Below, one piece after another: positions 1-7,649 of a stretch of 24,855 nucleotides of DNA. Source of the DNA: Thermodesulfobacteriota bacterium (GTDB taxonomy: Bacteria > Desulfobacterota > RBG-13-43-22); contig JALOOY010000001.1 in NCBI GenBank assembly GCA_025454185.1, positions 1 through 24,855 of the forward strand, read 5' to 3'. Position numbers and translations under genes: made by a program. The notes below the pieces were generated by a model, which made no database searches, had not been told where the DNA came from, and saw only the letters and a program-made list of their open reading frames with translations. Positions within the stretch are counted from its first letter, which is position 1. Every line of letters begins with the position of its first letter.

Positions 1-167
1 AGGTGGGCGTGGGTCAGGAAGATATGGGAAATTTTGAATTGGGCGTTCCGGTCCAGGGAAAGGGAAATGGTGCCGGCATCGAGCAGGAGAAAATCGTCGA
101 TCAAAAAGGCCGCCGTGTTTTGTCCGGGGGCCACGGAACCGGAAGAACCCAGGATTTTAAGGTTCAT
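1..167 (-). CDS. Metallo-beta-lactamase-fold 3',5'-cyclic-nucleotide phosphodiesterase (class II-like); N-terminal part, runs off the window start
   Basis: Manual translation from ATG at 167 (not in the ORF track): MNLKILGSSGSVAPGQNTAAFLIDDFLLLDAGTISLSLDRNAQFKISHIFLTHAH(L). It contains the LLDAGT motif and the start of the THAHLDH metal-binding motif. Confidence 0.8.
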   Translation of the reverse strand, partial: MNLKILGSSGSVAPGQNTAAFLIDDFLLLDAGTISLSLDRNAQFKISHIFLTHAH

Positions 168-298
168 AGCGGGTCTTTCCTTCGTCAATCGCTGTCGTCA
201 ATATTGTATATTACCCTACTTTAGCTGGAAAATAAATTTTAATATGGGACCTTTCCCCAAAACATCCGGGCAAATTTTCAGGCCCGCGGGTGGCCGGG

Positions 299-373
299 GT
301 CATCCTGGCGCAGGCCAGGATCCAGGTGGCAAGGGTTGCGCACCTCCTGGATGCTGGTATTCACCGGCATGAC
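299..373. repeat. REP-like palindromic unit, copy 1 (GTCATCCTGGCGCAGGCCAGGATCCAGGTGG...ATGCTGGT-ATTC-ACCGGCATGAC)
   Basis: 31 bp at 299-329 are identical to 389-419. Internal hairpin ATCCTGGC-GCAG-GCCAGGAT; termini GTCAT...ATGAC are inverted. Confidence 0.85.
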
Positions 374-388
374 GATGTTCGGTGGGCC

Positions 389-480
389 GTCATCCTGGCG
401 CAGGCCAGGATCCAGGTGGAAAAGGGGTGGGACTCTCCGGGATGCCGGTCCTTCGACCAAGCTCACGGCACCGGCATGAC
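389..480. repeat. REP-like palindromic unit, copy 2, with a 20-nt insert in its second hairpin loop
   Basis: Same 31-bp head as copy 1. Stem ATGCCGGT (442-449)/ACCGGCAT (470-477) encloses CCTTCGACCAAGCTCACGGC (450-469). Confidence 0.85.
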
Positions 481-483
481 AAG

Positions 484-511
484 AAGCCGCCGGGCTTCAC
501 CCGGCGTGGTC
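484..511. other. GC hairpin CGCCGGG-CTTCA-CCCGGCG resembling IS200/IS605/REP end hairpins
   Basis: Perfect 7-bp stem at 488-494/500-506 in the context GAAGC...TGGTC. The resemblance to IS ends is from memory. Confidence 0.4.
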
Positions 512-565
512 AAGACCTTCATTTTTGTTTCGGTTTATACGTTGCCCAAATAATAGAACCTGTAC

Positions 566-1849
566 TTAGTCTGGCCCTTTCCTTTTCCGGACCCCGCGCC
601 AGTACCCGAAGTTCAGGGCCAGATAGAGGCTGTAGTGCTGAAAGGTGATGGGTCGGCGGTTCCAGAGGGAGCGGAGGTTGTAGGTTTGCCGGTAGGCCCA
701 TTCGGTCCTTTCCCGAAGTTCTTCGGGTAGAAACCGGGCCGGCCGGTAGACCACATGGTTGCGGTCGTACAGGCGCCAATCCCGGGAAAGGATCCGCCCC
801 TCCTGCTGCAGTTCATCGAACAGCCGGGTGCCCGGAAAGGGGGTCAACAGGCAGTAATTGGCCCCCGAAAGTTTGTTCCGGCGGACGAAATCCCAGGTCT
901 CGGCGACGGTTCCCGAATGGTCTTCATCAAAGCCGAAAATAAAGGAACCTTGAATCTGGATCCCCTTGGCGTGGATCTTGCGGACGGCCTCCTCGTAGCT
1001 TTGGCGCAGGTTGACCTTCTTGCCGATCCGGGCCATGGCCGTGGCGGAAAGGGATTCGAAGCCGATGAGCAGCCCGATGCAGCCGCTGCGGGCGGCCAGG
1101 TCCAGGAGTTCCGGGTCCTCCGCCACGGCCAGGGAACATTGGGCCACCCATTTTTTACCGCAGGGGATCAGTGCGGCAAAAAGCTGCTTGGCGTATTCCG
1201 GATGGCCGACCAGGTTGTCATCCACGAAGATCAGGAGTTTGCGCGGGACCCGGCGCACCTCCTCCAGGACCTGTTCCACCGGCCGGGTCCGATAATTTCT
1301 CCCGAAAAAAGAACTGACCGAACAGAAGGAGCAGCCCACGGGGCAGCCGCGGGAAACCTGGACGGTGCGGGGTATAAAATATTTATTCTGAGGCAGCAAG
1401 TCCCAGCGGGGGGCCGGGGTCTCAGCCCAGTTCGTGCTGTTTTCGTTCCGGTAAACCGTCTGGAGACGGCCCCGACCGGCATCTTCGAGCACCCGGGGCC
1501 ACAAGAATTCCCCCTCCCCGATCACCACGGCATCACAATGGCTCAAGGCCTCCTCGGGGAGGCTGGAGACGTGAATGCCGCCCATGACCACCGGGATGCC
1601 CCGGGAGCGGAAATGATCGGCCAGGGCATACCCCCGGGGGGCGTTGGCGGTCATGACCGAAAGGCCCACCAGGTCGGCCCGGAGATTCTCGTCCACATCG
1701 ACCACGGCCTCGTCGAGACACTCCACCGCTATTCCCCGGGGCGTGACGGCCGCCAGCAGGGGCAGGGCCAGGGGCGGTAGGGTAAAGGCCAATTTTTTCT
1801 TGCGCCAGACATAGGAACCGGCGGCAGGGGAGATCAGGACTACCTTCAT
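566..1849 (-). CDS. B12-binding domain radical SAM protein
   Basis: 427 aa. N-terminal cobalamin-binding-like domain (PPLALPLLAA...ADLVGLSVMT...VVMGGIHVS) and CxxxCxxC motif (GCPVGCSFC). Confidence 0.9.
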   Translation of the reverse strand: MKVVLISPAAGSYVWRKKKLAFTLPPLALPLLAAVTPRGIAVECLDEAVVDVDENLRADLVGLSVMTANAPRGYALADHFRSRGIPVVMGGIHVSSLPEEALSHCDAVVIGEGEFLWPRVLEDAGRGRLQTVYRNENSTNWAETPAPRWDLLPQNKYFIPRTVQVSRGCPVGCSFCSVSSFFGRNYRTRPVEQVLEEVRRVPRKLLIFVDDNLVGHPEYAKQLFAALIPCGKKWVAQCSLAVAEDPELLDLAARSGCIGLLIGFESLSATAMARIGKKVNLRQSYEEAVRKIHAKGIQIQGSFIFGFDEDHSGTVAETWDFVRRNKLSGANYCLLTPFPGTRLFDELQQEGRILSRDWRLYDRNHVVYRPARFLPEELRERTEWAYRQTYNLRSLWNRRPITFQHYSLYLALNFGYWRGVRKRKGPD

Positions 1850-1861
1850 CTTTATGGCTTA

Positions 1862-1952
1862 AAAATCGAACATCCAACATCGAACATCGAACGTCCAACA
1901 TCGAATGCGGATGAAATTTTCATGCTTCGCGGGTGCTCGCCCCGACCATGAA
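1862..1952 (+). repeat. AACRTCS heptamer array followed by a TTTTCATG...CATGAA palindromic module
   Basis: Units aaaatcg-aacatcc-aacatcg-aacatcg-aacgtcc-aacatcg (1862-1903), then aatgcggatgaaattttcatgcttcgcgggtgctcgccccgaccatgaa. Confidence 0.9.
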
Positions 1953-1996
1953 CCCTCAAATCTTTGGGTTTTTGTTTCAAACCGATAATCGTTTAC

Positions 1997-3415
1997 TTAC
2001 AGACTATCCAGCAGCCTCTGGTGTAGGCCGTCGAAGCCGCCGTTGGACATGATCAGGACCACGTCTCCGGATTGCAGCGAGCCCCGCAGGAAATCCAGGA
2101 TCCCTTCGGTATCGGGGAAATACCAGGCCGGGCGCCCGGCGGCCTGCACATCTTCCACCAGGCGCGCGGAGGAGAAACGTTCCTCCTCGGCAATCTTGGC
2201 CAGGTCGGGTGGTTCCCGGACGACTACCAGATCGGCGCCCGCCAAGGCTTTCGGGTAATCGGTTTGAAAAATGCGCCGCCGGCTGGTATTGGTCCGGGGC
2301 TCGAAGACGGCCACCAGGCGCCGGCCCGGGTATTGGGCGCGAATGGCCCGGAGGGTCTCCCGGACCGCCGTGGGATGATGAGCGAAATCGTCGATGACCG
2401 TAACGCCGGCTTTCACCCCCCGGACCTCCTGCCGACGGTGGACCCCCCGGAAACCGGCCACCCCCGCGGCCATGGTCTCCGGGGACAACCCGATCCGCTC
2501 CAGCAGCGGCATTAGGGCCAGCGTGTTCAGGACATTGTGCTCCCCGGCCAGGGGGGAATGAAATTCATGATAGAATTGCCCGCGGCGATAGACCCGGAAA
2601 ACGGTGCCGCCGGGATGGGGCCGGATCTCCCGGGCCGCCCAGTCCCAGCGGTCCTCCAGGCCATAGGTCGCTACCGGGCAAACCGCCCGGGAAAGTATTT
2701 CCTGAATCCGCGGATCCGGCCCATGGGCGGCCAGGAGCCCGCCTTGGGGCAGCAGGGCGATGAAACGGGCGAAAGCCGCCTGGATGGCCTGCACATCGCT
2801 GTATATATCGGCATGATCGAATTCGATGCTGGTCAGGACGGCCAGGTGGGGGCGGTAATGCAGGAACTTGGGTCCTTTGTCAAAAAAAGCCGTGTCGTAT
2901 TCATCGCCCTCGATCACGAAATACGGTCCGGAACCCACCTGATAGTTGCGTTCATAGCCTCGCAGAATTCCCCCCACCATGAAGCCCGGGGCCAGGCCGG
3001 CGACATCCAACACCGCTGCGAGCAGGGCCGAAGTGCTGGTCTTGCCGTGGGTGCCGGTAATGACCAAGGGTATTTTCCCTTCCAGAAAAAAATGGGCCAA
3101 CGCCTGGGGCAGGGAAAGACAGGGCAGGTCCCGGCGCAGCAGTTCCCGGGCCTCGGGATTCAAACGGGTAATCACGTTGCCGACGATGACCAGATCCGGT
3201 GGCGGATCGAGGTTTTCCGGGCCGTATCCCGAGCGCACCGGGATCCCCAGCTTTTCCAGAAAGGTGCTCATGGGCGGATAGACCGCCTGGTCGGAGCCGG
3301 TGACACGGTAGCCCCGCTCCTGGAGCATCCCGGCCAGGGAGCCCATGCCGGTGCCGCAGATGCCCATGAGATGGATGTGACGAATTTCGGGGGGAATACG
3401 ATGGTTCATGACCAT
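1997..3415 (-). CDS. mpl: UDP-N-acetylmuramate:L-alanyl-gamma-D-glutamyl-meso-diaminopimelate ligase (murein peptide ligase)
   Basis: Motifs HLMGICGTGMGSLA, GTHGKTST, EGDEYDTAFFDK, DDFAHHPTA, FEPRTNT, MSNGGF. Start moved from 3457 to ATG 3415 (alternative 3409) because the longer ORF overlaps the upstream gene's Lys-rich tail. Confidence 0.92.
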   Translation of the reverse strand: MVMNHRIPPEIRHIHLMGICGTGMGSLAGMLQERGYRVTGSDQAVYPPMSTFLEKLGIPVRSGYGPENLDPPPDLVIVGNVITRLNPEARELLRRDLPCLSLPQALAHFFLEGKIPLVITGTHGKTSTSALLAAVLDVAGLAPGFMVGGILRGYERNYQVGSGPYFVIEGDEYDTAFFDKGPKFLHYRPHLAVLTSIEFDHADIYSDVQAIQAAFARFIALLPQGGLLAAHGPDPRIQEILSRAVCPVATYGLEDRWDWAAREIRPHPGGTVFRVYRRGQFYHEFHSPLAGEHNVLNTLALMPLLERIGLSPETMAAGVAGFRGVHRRQEVRGVKAGVTVIDDFAHHPTAVRETLRAIRAQYPGRRLVAVFEPRTNTSRRRIFQTDYPKALAGADLVVVREPPDLAKIAEEERFSSARLVEDVQAAGRPAWYFPDTEGILDFLRGSLQSGDVVLIMSNGGFDGLHQRLLDSL

Positions 3416-3416
3416 T

Positions 3417-4634
3417 TCATTTTTTCTTCTTCTTTTCCTTCTCTTCCGGTTTTTCACTCTTTTCCTTCAACATCTTTCGGAAATGTTTGTCCGAAACGGG
3501 TCCCCCATAGCCGGCGTATTGAACGACGGGAAGGCCCGGGTTCTCCAGCGGCGACCATTTCCCGTTTTCGAATTTCTGATGAACCAGCCCGTAGGAGGCC
3601 CCTTCCAACACCGGGACCAGGCCCTCTCCTTTTTTCAGTTCCTCTTTTTCCGTCCAGGATAAATTGACCTTCCCCTTCTGGGCCTGGAACATCCAGTCGC
3701 TGCCGTGGCACTCGCCGCATTTCCGGCCGGTCCGGCCGCTGGCGTGGCTGCCGTCCGGGGTAAAAGACAGCAGGGTCCTGCCGTCGGCCAGGACCCAGGT
3801 CTCCAAACCGGCGGCGGCCAATTCCCCTCCCCGGCTCATCAGAAATACCCAATCCGTCTGGGGAACGTAAACCCGTTTCCCCTCCCCGGCCAGCGCTTCG
3901 AACTGGGTGCTCGTCCGGCTTAAAACCGTATGGGCGTGGCAGGCCTGGCAGGAGACCTTGCCGCCGTGCTTGCGGTGGGAATAACTGTTGCCGATTTCCT
4001 GGTGGCAGCGATCGCAGCGGGCGTCCAGGGCGCCGGGCTGCTTCTGGGACTGGTAGACCTTCCCGTCTCCGTGCATTTCGCGGGAAGTATGGCAGTCCAG
4101 GCAGGTCATAGCCAGAGCCGCATGGACATCCTCTTTTTTGTTCTCCCGCATCTGGGCCTGCAAGGCCGCCAGGCGGTCATGGCACTGGAGGCAGGTCTTC
4201 GGTTCCACCGGGCCCAGTCTTTCCGGCTGGCCTTTGCCCTTCTTCACCGGCTGATGGCACCCCTGGCAAGAGCCCACATGGCATTGCTTACAGGCCAGTT
4301 TTTCATAAGGACGACCGGTCAGCCCTTCCAGACCTTTTTGTTCCTTGCTGTACCAGAAGGCCAGCCCCCGGCCCGTATGATGCAGGCTGGAGGCAAAGGC
4401 CTCGCGGCGCTGATTATCGCCCGTAGGGGCCTGGACAGCTTCGTCACCCGTCGACGTCGGGGCCGTTTTGCCCTCCAAGGCTTTTTTTGCAGCCGGGGCA
4501 CTCTTGCCGGCGGGGGTCGGTTTTCCCGGGGCCTGGCCGGCGGAGTTCGTATTCCCGGTGGGAGCGGCCGCCAGCGAGAATCCGATCAGTCCCAACAATG
4601 AAAAACATAGCAAGATAATGGTCACCTGTTTCAT
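3417..4634 (-). CDS. Secreted/periplasmic multiheme cytochrome c (7 CxxCH)
   Basis: ATG 4634 with SD AAGGAG 6 nt upstream; signal peptide MKQVTIILLCFSLLGLIGFSLAAA. Motifs CKQCH, CQGCH, CLQCH, CLDCH, CDRCH, CQACH, CGECH; 405 aa. The 593-aa ORF-track extension runs through repeats and promoter DNA. Confidence 0.9.
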   Translation of the reverse strand: MKQVTIILLCFSLLGLIGFSLAAAPTGNTNSAGQAPGKPTPAGKSAPAAKKALEGKTAPTSTGDEAVQAPTGDNQRREAFASSLHHTGRGLAFWYSKEQKGLEGLTGRPYEKLACKQCHVGSCQGCHQPVKKGKGQPERLGPVEPKTCLQCHDRLAALQAQMRENKKEDVHAALAMTCLDCHTSREMHGDGKVYQSQKQPGALDARCDRCHQEIGNSYSHRKHGGKVSCQACHAHTVLSRTSTQFEALAGEGKRVYVPQTDWVFLMSRGGELAAAGLETWVLADGRTLLSFTPDGSHASGRTGRKCGECHGSDWMFQAQKGKVNLSWTEKEELKKGEGLVPVLEGASYGLVHQKFENGKWSPLENPGLPVVQYAGYGGPVSDKHFRKMLKEKSEKPEEKEKKKKK

Positions 4635-4658
4635 GGCCGGCTCCTTAAAAAAATAATA

Positions 4659-4740
4659 AAGACCGAACATCGAACGTCCAACATCAAACATCCAACATCG
4701 AATGAGGATAAAATTTTCATGTTTCGTGGGTGCTTTGCCC
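4659..4740 (+). repeat. AACRTCS heptamer array plus truncated TTTTCATG module
   Basis: aagaccg-aacatcg-aacgtcc-aacatca-aacatcc-aacatcg (4659-4700), then aatgaggataaaattttcatgtttcgtgggtgctttgccc, a close match to the tail of the 1862 array. Confidence 0.9.
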
Positions 4741-4761
4741 CCTGCAGGCCATCCGGGCGAT

Positions 4762-4790
4762 ACTATAAGGTTATCCTGGAGGATTGCCAA
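4762..4790 (-). promoter_or_regulatory. Putative sigma70 promoter for the cytochrome c/mpl unit
   Basis: Minus strand TTGGCA (4790-4785) - 17 nt - TATAGT (4767-4762). Confidence 0.55.
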
Positions 4791-4838
4791 GTAAAAATTG
4801 GCCTTGGGAACCGTTCCCCTGCCCAGCCGGCTTTTTCC

Positions 4839-4868
4839 TTGACCCCGGGGAATCACCGGCCCTATACT
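4839..4868 (+). promoter_or_regulatory. Putative sigma70 promoter, rightward
   Basis: TTGACC (4839-4844) - 18 nt - TATACT (4863-4868), 18 nt upstream of ATG 4887. Confidence 0.55.
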
Positions 4869-4886
4869 GGACCGAGACCCGGCCCC

Positions 4887-5154
4887 ATGGACCTTCAACC
4901 GATCAAATCCCTTATTGAAAACCGAGGACAACCCTGGTCGCTGACGTTTTATCCCCGGAAGAACGACCCCCGCAGCGATAGGCTGGAAGCCTTTCTCCAG
5001 GAGCTGAACCGGGAAGCGGGTATCGCCTGGACAGTAACCAATCCACCCGATGCGGAGAACTTGGATCTGCCGGCTTTTTCCCTGGGTAACGCACCACAAT
5101 CCCGAGATCGTCGAGATCGCCCGGGAGGGGCTGGCCGCGGGGGAGAAGGCTTGA
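4887..5154 (+). pseudogene. Probable frameshifted or internally deleted gene remnant; N-terminal part possibly thioredoxin/AhpF-N-like
   Basis: About 67 protein-like codons from ATG 4887 (MDLQPIKSLIENRGQPW...LEAFLQELNRE...LDLPAFSLG). Coding-like GC3 then shifts to the +1 frame (HNPEIVEIAREGLAAGEKA*, TGA 5152-5154). Confidence 0.5.
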
Positions 5155-5179
5155 CAACTGCTGGGGTTAATACGAAAAT

Positions 5180-5240
5180 GAAGACGAACATCCAACATCG
5201 AATTGCGGTAATTACCATTTTCATGCTGCGCAGGTGTGCC
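5180..5240 (+). repeat. Short AACRTCS array plus degenerate TTTTCATG module
   Basis: gaagacg-aacatcc-aacatcg-aattgcgg...ttttcatgctgcgcaggtgtgcc. Confidence 0.8.
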
Positions 5241-5245
5241 TATCG

Positions 5246-5695
5246 ATGCGGTTAGTCATCCAACGGGTCAAACAGGCGGCGGTCCGCATTCAGGAAGAAA
5301 CCGTGGGGGAGATCGGTCCCGGCCTGTTACTTTTTCTGGGCGTCGGCGAGGAGGACACAGAGGAGGACGTGGGCTATCTGGTGGAGAAGGTCCGGCACCT
5401 GCGGGTCTTTGCCGATGGCCAGGGCCGTTTCAACCTGTCGGTAACGGATGTGCGCGGCGCGCTGTTGATCGTTTCCCAATTCACGCTCTGGGGGGATTGC
5501 CGGAAAGGGCGGCGGCCTTCTTTTTCCCATTCCGCCCCGCCCCGGAAAGCCGAGCCCCTGTACGACCTGTTTATTCAGAAGGCCCGGGCGGCCGGTCTGA
5601 CGGTGGCCAGCGGCCGCTTTCAGGAGATGATGGAAGTCTCCCTGGTCAATGACGGGCCGGTTACGCTCCTGCTGGACAGCCGGAAACAATTTTAA
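5246..5695 (+). CDS. dtd: D-aminoacyl-tRNA deacylase
   Basis: MRLVIQRV start, IVSQFTL motif, KGRRPSF, C-terminal LVNDGPVT with the Gly-Pro motif; 149 aa from ATG 5246. Confidence 0.96.
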   Translation: MRLVIQRVKQAAVRIQEETVGEIGPGLLLFLGVGEEDTEEDVGYLVEKVRHLRVFADGQGRFNLSVTDVRGALLIVSQFTLWGDCRKGRRPSFSHSAPPRKAEPLYDLFIQKARAAGLTVASGRFQEMMEVSLVNDGPVTLLLDSRKQF

Positions 5696-5700
5696 TACTA

Positions 5701-5740
5701 AAGACCGAACATCCAACATCGAACATTGAATAAGGATAAA
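5701..5740 (+). repeat. AACRTCS heptamer array
   Basis: aagaccg-aacatcc-aacatcg-aacattg-aataaggataaa. Confidence 0.85.
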
Positions 5741-5745
5741 TATCT

Positions 5746-6192
5746 ATGTTTATCGGCAGAACCTTCGACCAGGTCGACCTGGGTGAAAAGATAAAAGACG
5801 CCCTGACCATTACGGAAACGCACATGATCCTGGCCTGCGGCCTGTTCAAGGACTTCAACGCCCTGCATGCCAACGCTTTGCTAGCCGCCGCCCTGCCCTT
5901 GCAGACCCGCATCGTCCACGGCCCCCTGACCGCGGCGGTCATGGTGGGCGTCCTGGGAAATTTCTTCAGCGGCACCACCATCGCCTTTCTGGAAGAGACC
6001 ATCCGCTTTACGGCCCCGGTGCGCCCCGGCGACACCCTGATCACCGAATGGGAGGTGCGGGAGAAAAAGCCCTCTAAAAAATATGCGGGGGGCGTCATCG
6101 TTCTGGCCGGGGTCTGCCGCAATCAAAACGGGGAAACCGTGGCCGAAGGCGAAGGCAAAATGCTCATTGCCAGCGAGGTCCCGGCCCTATGA
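5746..6192 (+). CDS. MaoC-family (hotdog-fold) dehydratase / R-specific enoyl-CoA hydratase-like protein
   Basis: DFNALH (D-x-N-x-x-H hydratase motif), RIVHGPLT, IRFTAPVRPGDTL; SD AAGGA upstream. Confidence 0.88.
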   Translation: MFIGRTFDQVDLGEKIKDALTITETHMILACGLFKDFNALHANALLAAALPLQTRIVHGPLTAAVMVGVLGNFFSGTTIAFLEETIRFTAPVRPGDTLITEWEVREKKPSKKYAGGVIVLAGVCRNQNGETVAEGEGKMLIASEVPAL

Positions 6193-6662
6193 CCTCCCCC
6201 GAACCCCTGCCCCCCTGCATGATCTTCGTGGCCCAGGATGGGAAGTGGTCCCACGAGGGGGCCGAGATCAGCCACCGGTCCATTTTCCTCTGGCTTATTC
6301 AAAACCTGGAAAAAGACGAGCAGGGGCAGTACATCGTCCACCTGAACAACCAAAAGTGCGTCCTGGAAGTGGAAGACACCCCCCTGGTCGTCCAGGGGGT
6401 GGACTGGTCCGCCACGGAAGAGGCGGGCGAAGGGAAATTGGTGCTGACCCTCAACGATGAGCGGCAGGAGGACTTAGACCCGGCTGCGCTATGGCTCAGC
6501 CGGGAAAACGTGCTTTACTGCCTGGTCAAAGGGGGCCGCATCCCGGCCCGGTTCCTGCGGGCGGCTTATTACCAGATAGCCAACTACATCGATGAGGACG
6601 ATGACGGGACCTTTTTTTTACTGCTGAACGGCAGAAAGTATCCCATCGTGGTGCAGGGGTAG
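6189..6662 (+). CDS. DUF1285-like hypothetical protein
   Basis: DGKWSHEG...LEVEDTPLVV...LYCLVKGGRIPARFLRAAYYQ; ATGA overlap with the MaoC stop codon. Confidence 0.7.
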   Translation: MTSPEPLPPCMIFVAQDGKWSHEGAEISHRSIFLWLIQNLEKDEQGQYIVHLNNQKCVLEVEDTPLVVQGVDWSATEEAGEGKLVLTLNDERQEDLDPAALWLSRENVLYCLVKGGRIPARFLRAAYYQIANYIDEDDDGTFFLLLNGRKYPIVVQG

Positions 6663-6668
6663 GGGGAC

Positions 6669-6703
6669 TGGTTGCTGGTTCCTCGTTGCTGGTTGCTGGT
6701 TAC
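6669..6703. repeat. TGGTTGC heptamer array (5 units) between convergent genes
   Basis: tggttgc-tggttcc-tcgttgc-tggttgc-tggttac. Confidence 0.85.
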
Positions 6704-7647
6704 AGCATCCCGAGGCATTCCTTCAAGACCGCCTCTACGCTCCAGGAAGACCAGGCGCCGTCGGATTGCAGCACGACGGTTTTCCGGCCGATGGGTCCCC
6801 AGAGGCGGGAGTCGGTCGGCCCGTACAGGGCCACGGTGGGCAGGTCGAGGCACGAGGCCAAATGCGTCACCCCGGAATCATTACCCAGGTAGCCGGCCAC
6901 CCGGCTGAGTGCGCCGGCCAGGAGAGGCAAATCGATACCCTCCAGGATGGGAAAGCCCCGGCGACGGATGAGGGACCGGGCCTCCGGCTGGACCTCATTC
7001 TCCACCGGCCCTAAGATAAAAACAACTTGCGCCCTTCCTGTTTGCCGCAGCGCCCCGGCCAGGGCCAGAAAATTTTCCAGGGGCCAGTTTTTTTTAGGGC
7101 TGCCGCTGCCGGGATGAATGGCCCAGAGCGGCGGCCCCTGGGCGGCCTCCAGACCCAGTCCCTTTAAAAGGACCTCTCCGGCCGATCGATCCGCCCGGCC
7201 GGAGATCAGATAGACTTGCGGATAAACCCAGGGGATGCCCAGGGTCTTCAGGGCCTCCTGCTGGACAGCCGGAACGGACCTTCCCGCCAAGGTATCCGGG
7301 AAAGAGGCTATCCAGAGGACCTCCGCCGGACCGGCCTTCCGGATATTTTCGGCCACTGGACCCGCCGGCCGGGGTGCGAACAGATAGACCCGCTGGAATT
7401 TTTGCAGGAACTGGACCAGGGCCTCCGGCAGGCAGGGAGGTTCCTGATACAGGGCGGCCCAATCCCGGCTCCTTGTGGAGTGCAGGTCCCGGACCCGCAG
7501 ACGGTCTCCAAGCAGGCCCAGGTTGACGGGATGGCCGGCCAGGGTCCAGGGGCTCCCGGCATGGTGGCGACGCAGGGACAGCAGGGCCGGCAGGGACAGC
7601 AGCAGGTCGCCCAGGGCCCCCTGGTGGACGATCAGAACAGGAGACAT
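6700..7647 (-). CDS. Glycosyltransferase family 9 (ADP-heptose:LPS heptosyltransferase-like)
   Basis: HQGALGDLLLSLP, IHPGSGSPKKNWP, GNDSGVTHLA, TVALYGPT. Start ATG 7647 (alternative 7659). Confidence 0.9.
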   Translation of the reverse strand: MSPVLIVHQGALGDLLLSLPALLSLRRHHAGSPWTLAGHPVNLGLLGDRLRVRDLHSTRSRDWAALYQEPPCLPEALVQFLQKFQRVYLFAPRPAGPVAENIRKAGPAEVLWIASFPDTLAGRSVPAVQQEALKTLGIPWVYPQVYLISGRADRSAGEVLLKGLGLEAAQGPPLWAIHPGSGSPKKNWPLENFLALAGALRQTGRAQVVFILGPVENEVQPEARSLIRRRGFPILEGIDLPLLAGALSRVAGYLGNDSGVTHLASCLDLPTVALYGPTDSRLWGPIGRKTVVLQSDGAWSSWSVEAVLKECLGML

Positions 7648-7649
7648 CT

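Noticed and set aside
299-419. Possible mini-CRISPR (two identical 31-bp palindromic repeats, 59-bp spacer)
   Set aside because: Only two repeats. The 'spacer' contains the conserved ACCGGCATGAC end, which recurs after copy 2, and there are no cas genes or leader. It fits a REP-like unit.
755-1780. Long antisense ORFs (755-1780, 2537-3667, 8180-9328, 9716-11275, 13714-14730, 21006-22700, 22691-23533 and others)
   Set aside because: They lie opposite well-supported genes, lack motifs and are expected shadows of high-GC3 coding DNA.
4635-5198. N-terminal extension of the cytochrome (593-aa ORF)
   Set aside because: It crosses repeats and promoters; the SD and signal peptide define ATG 4634.
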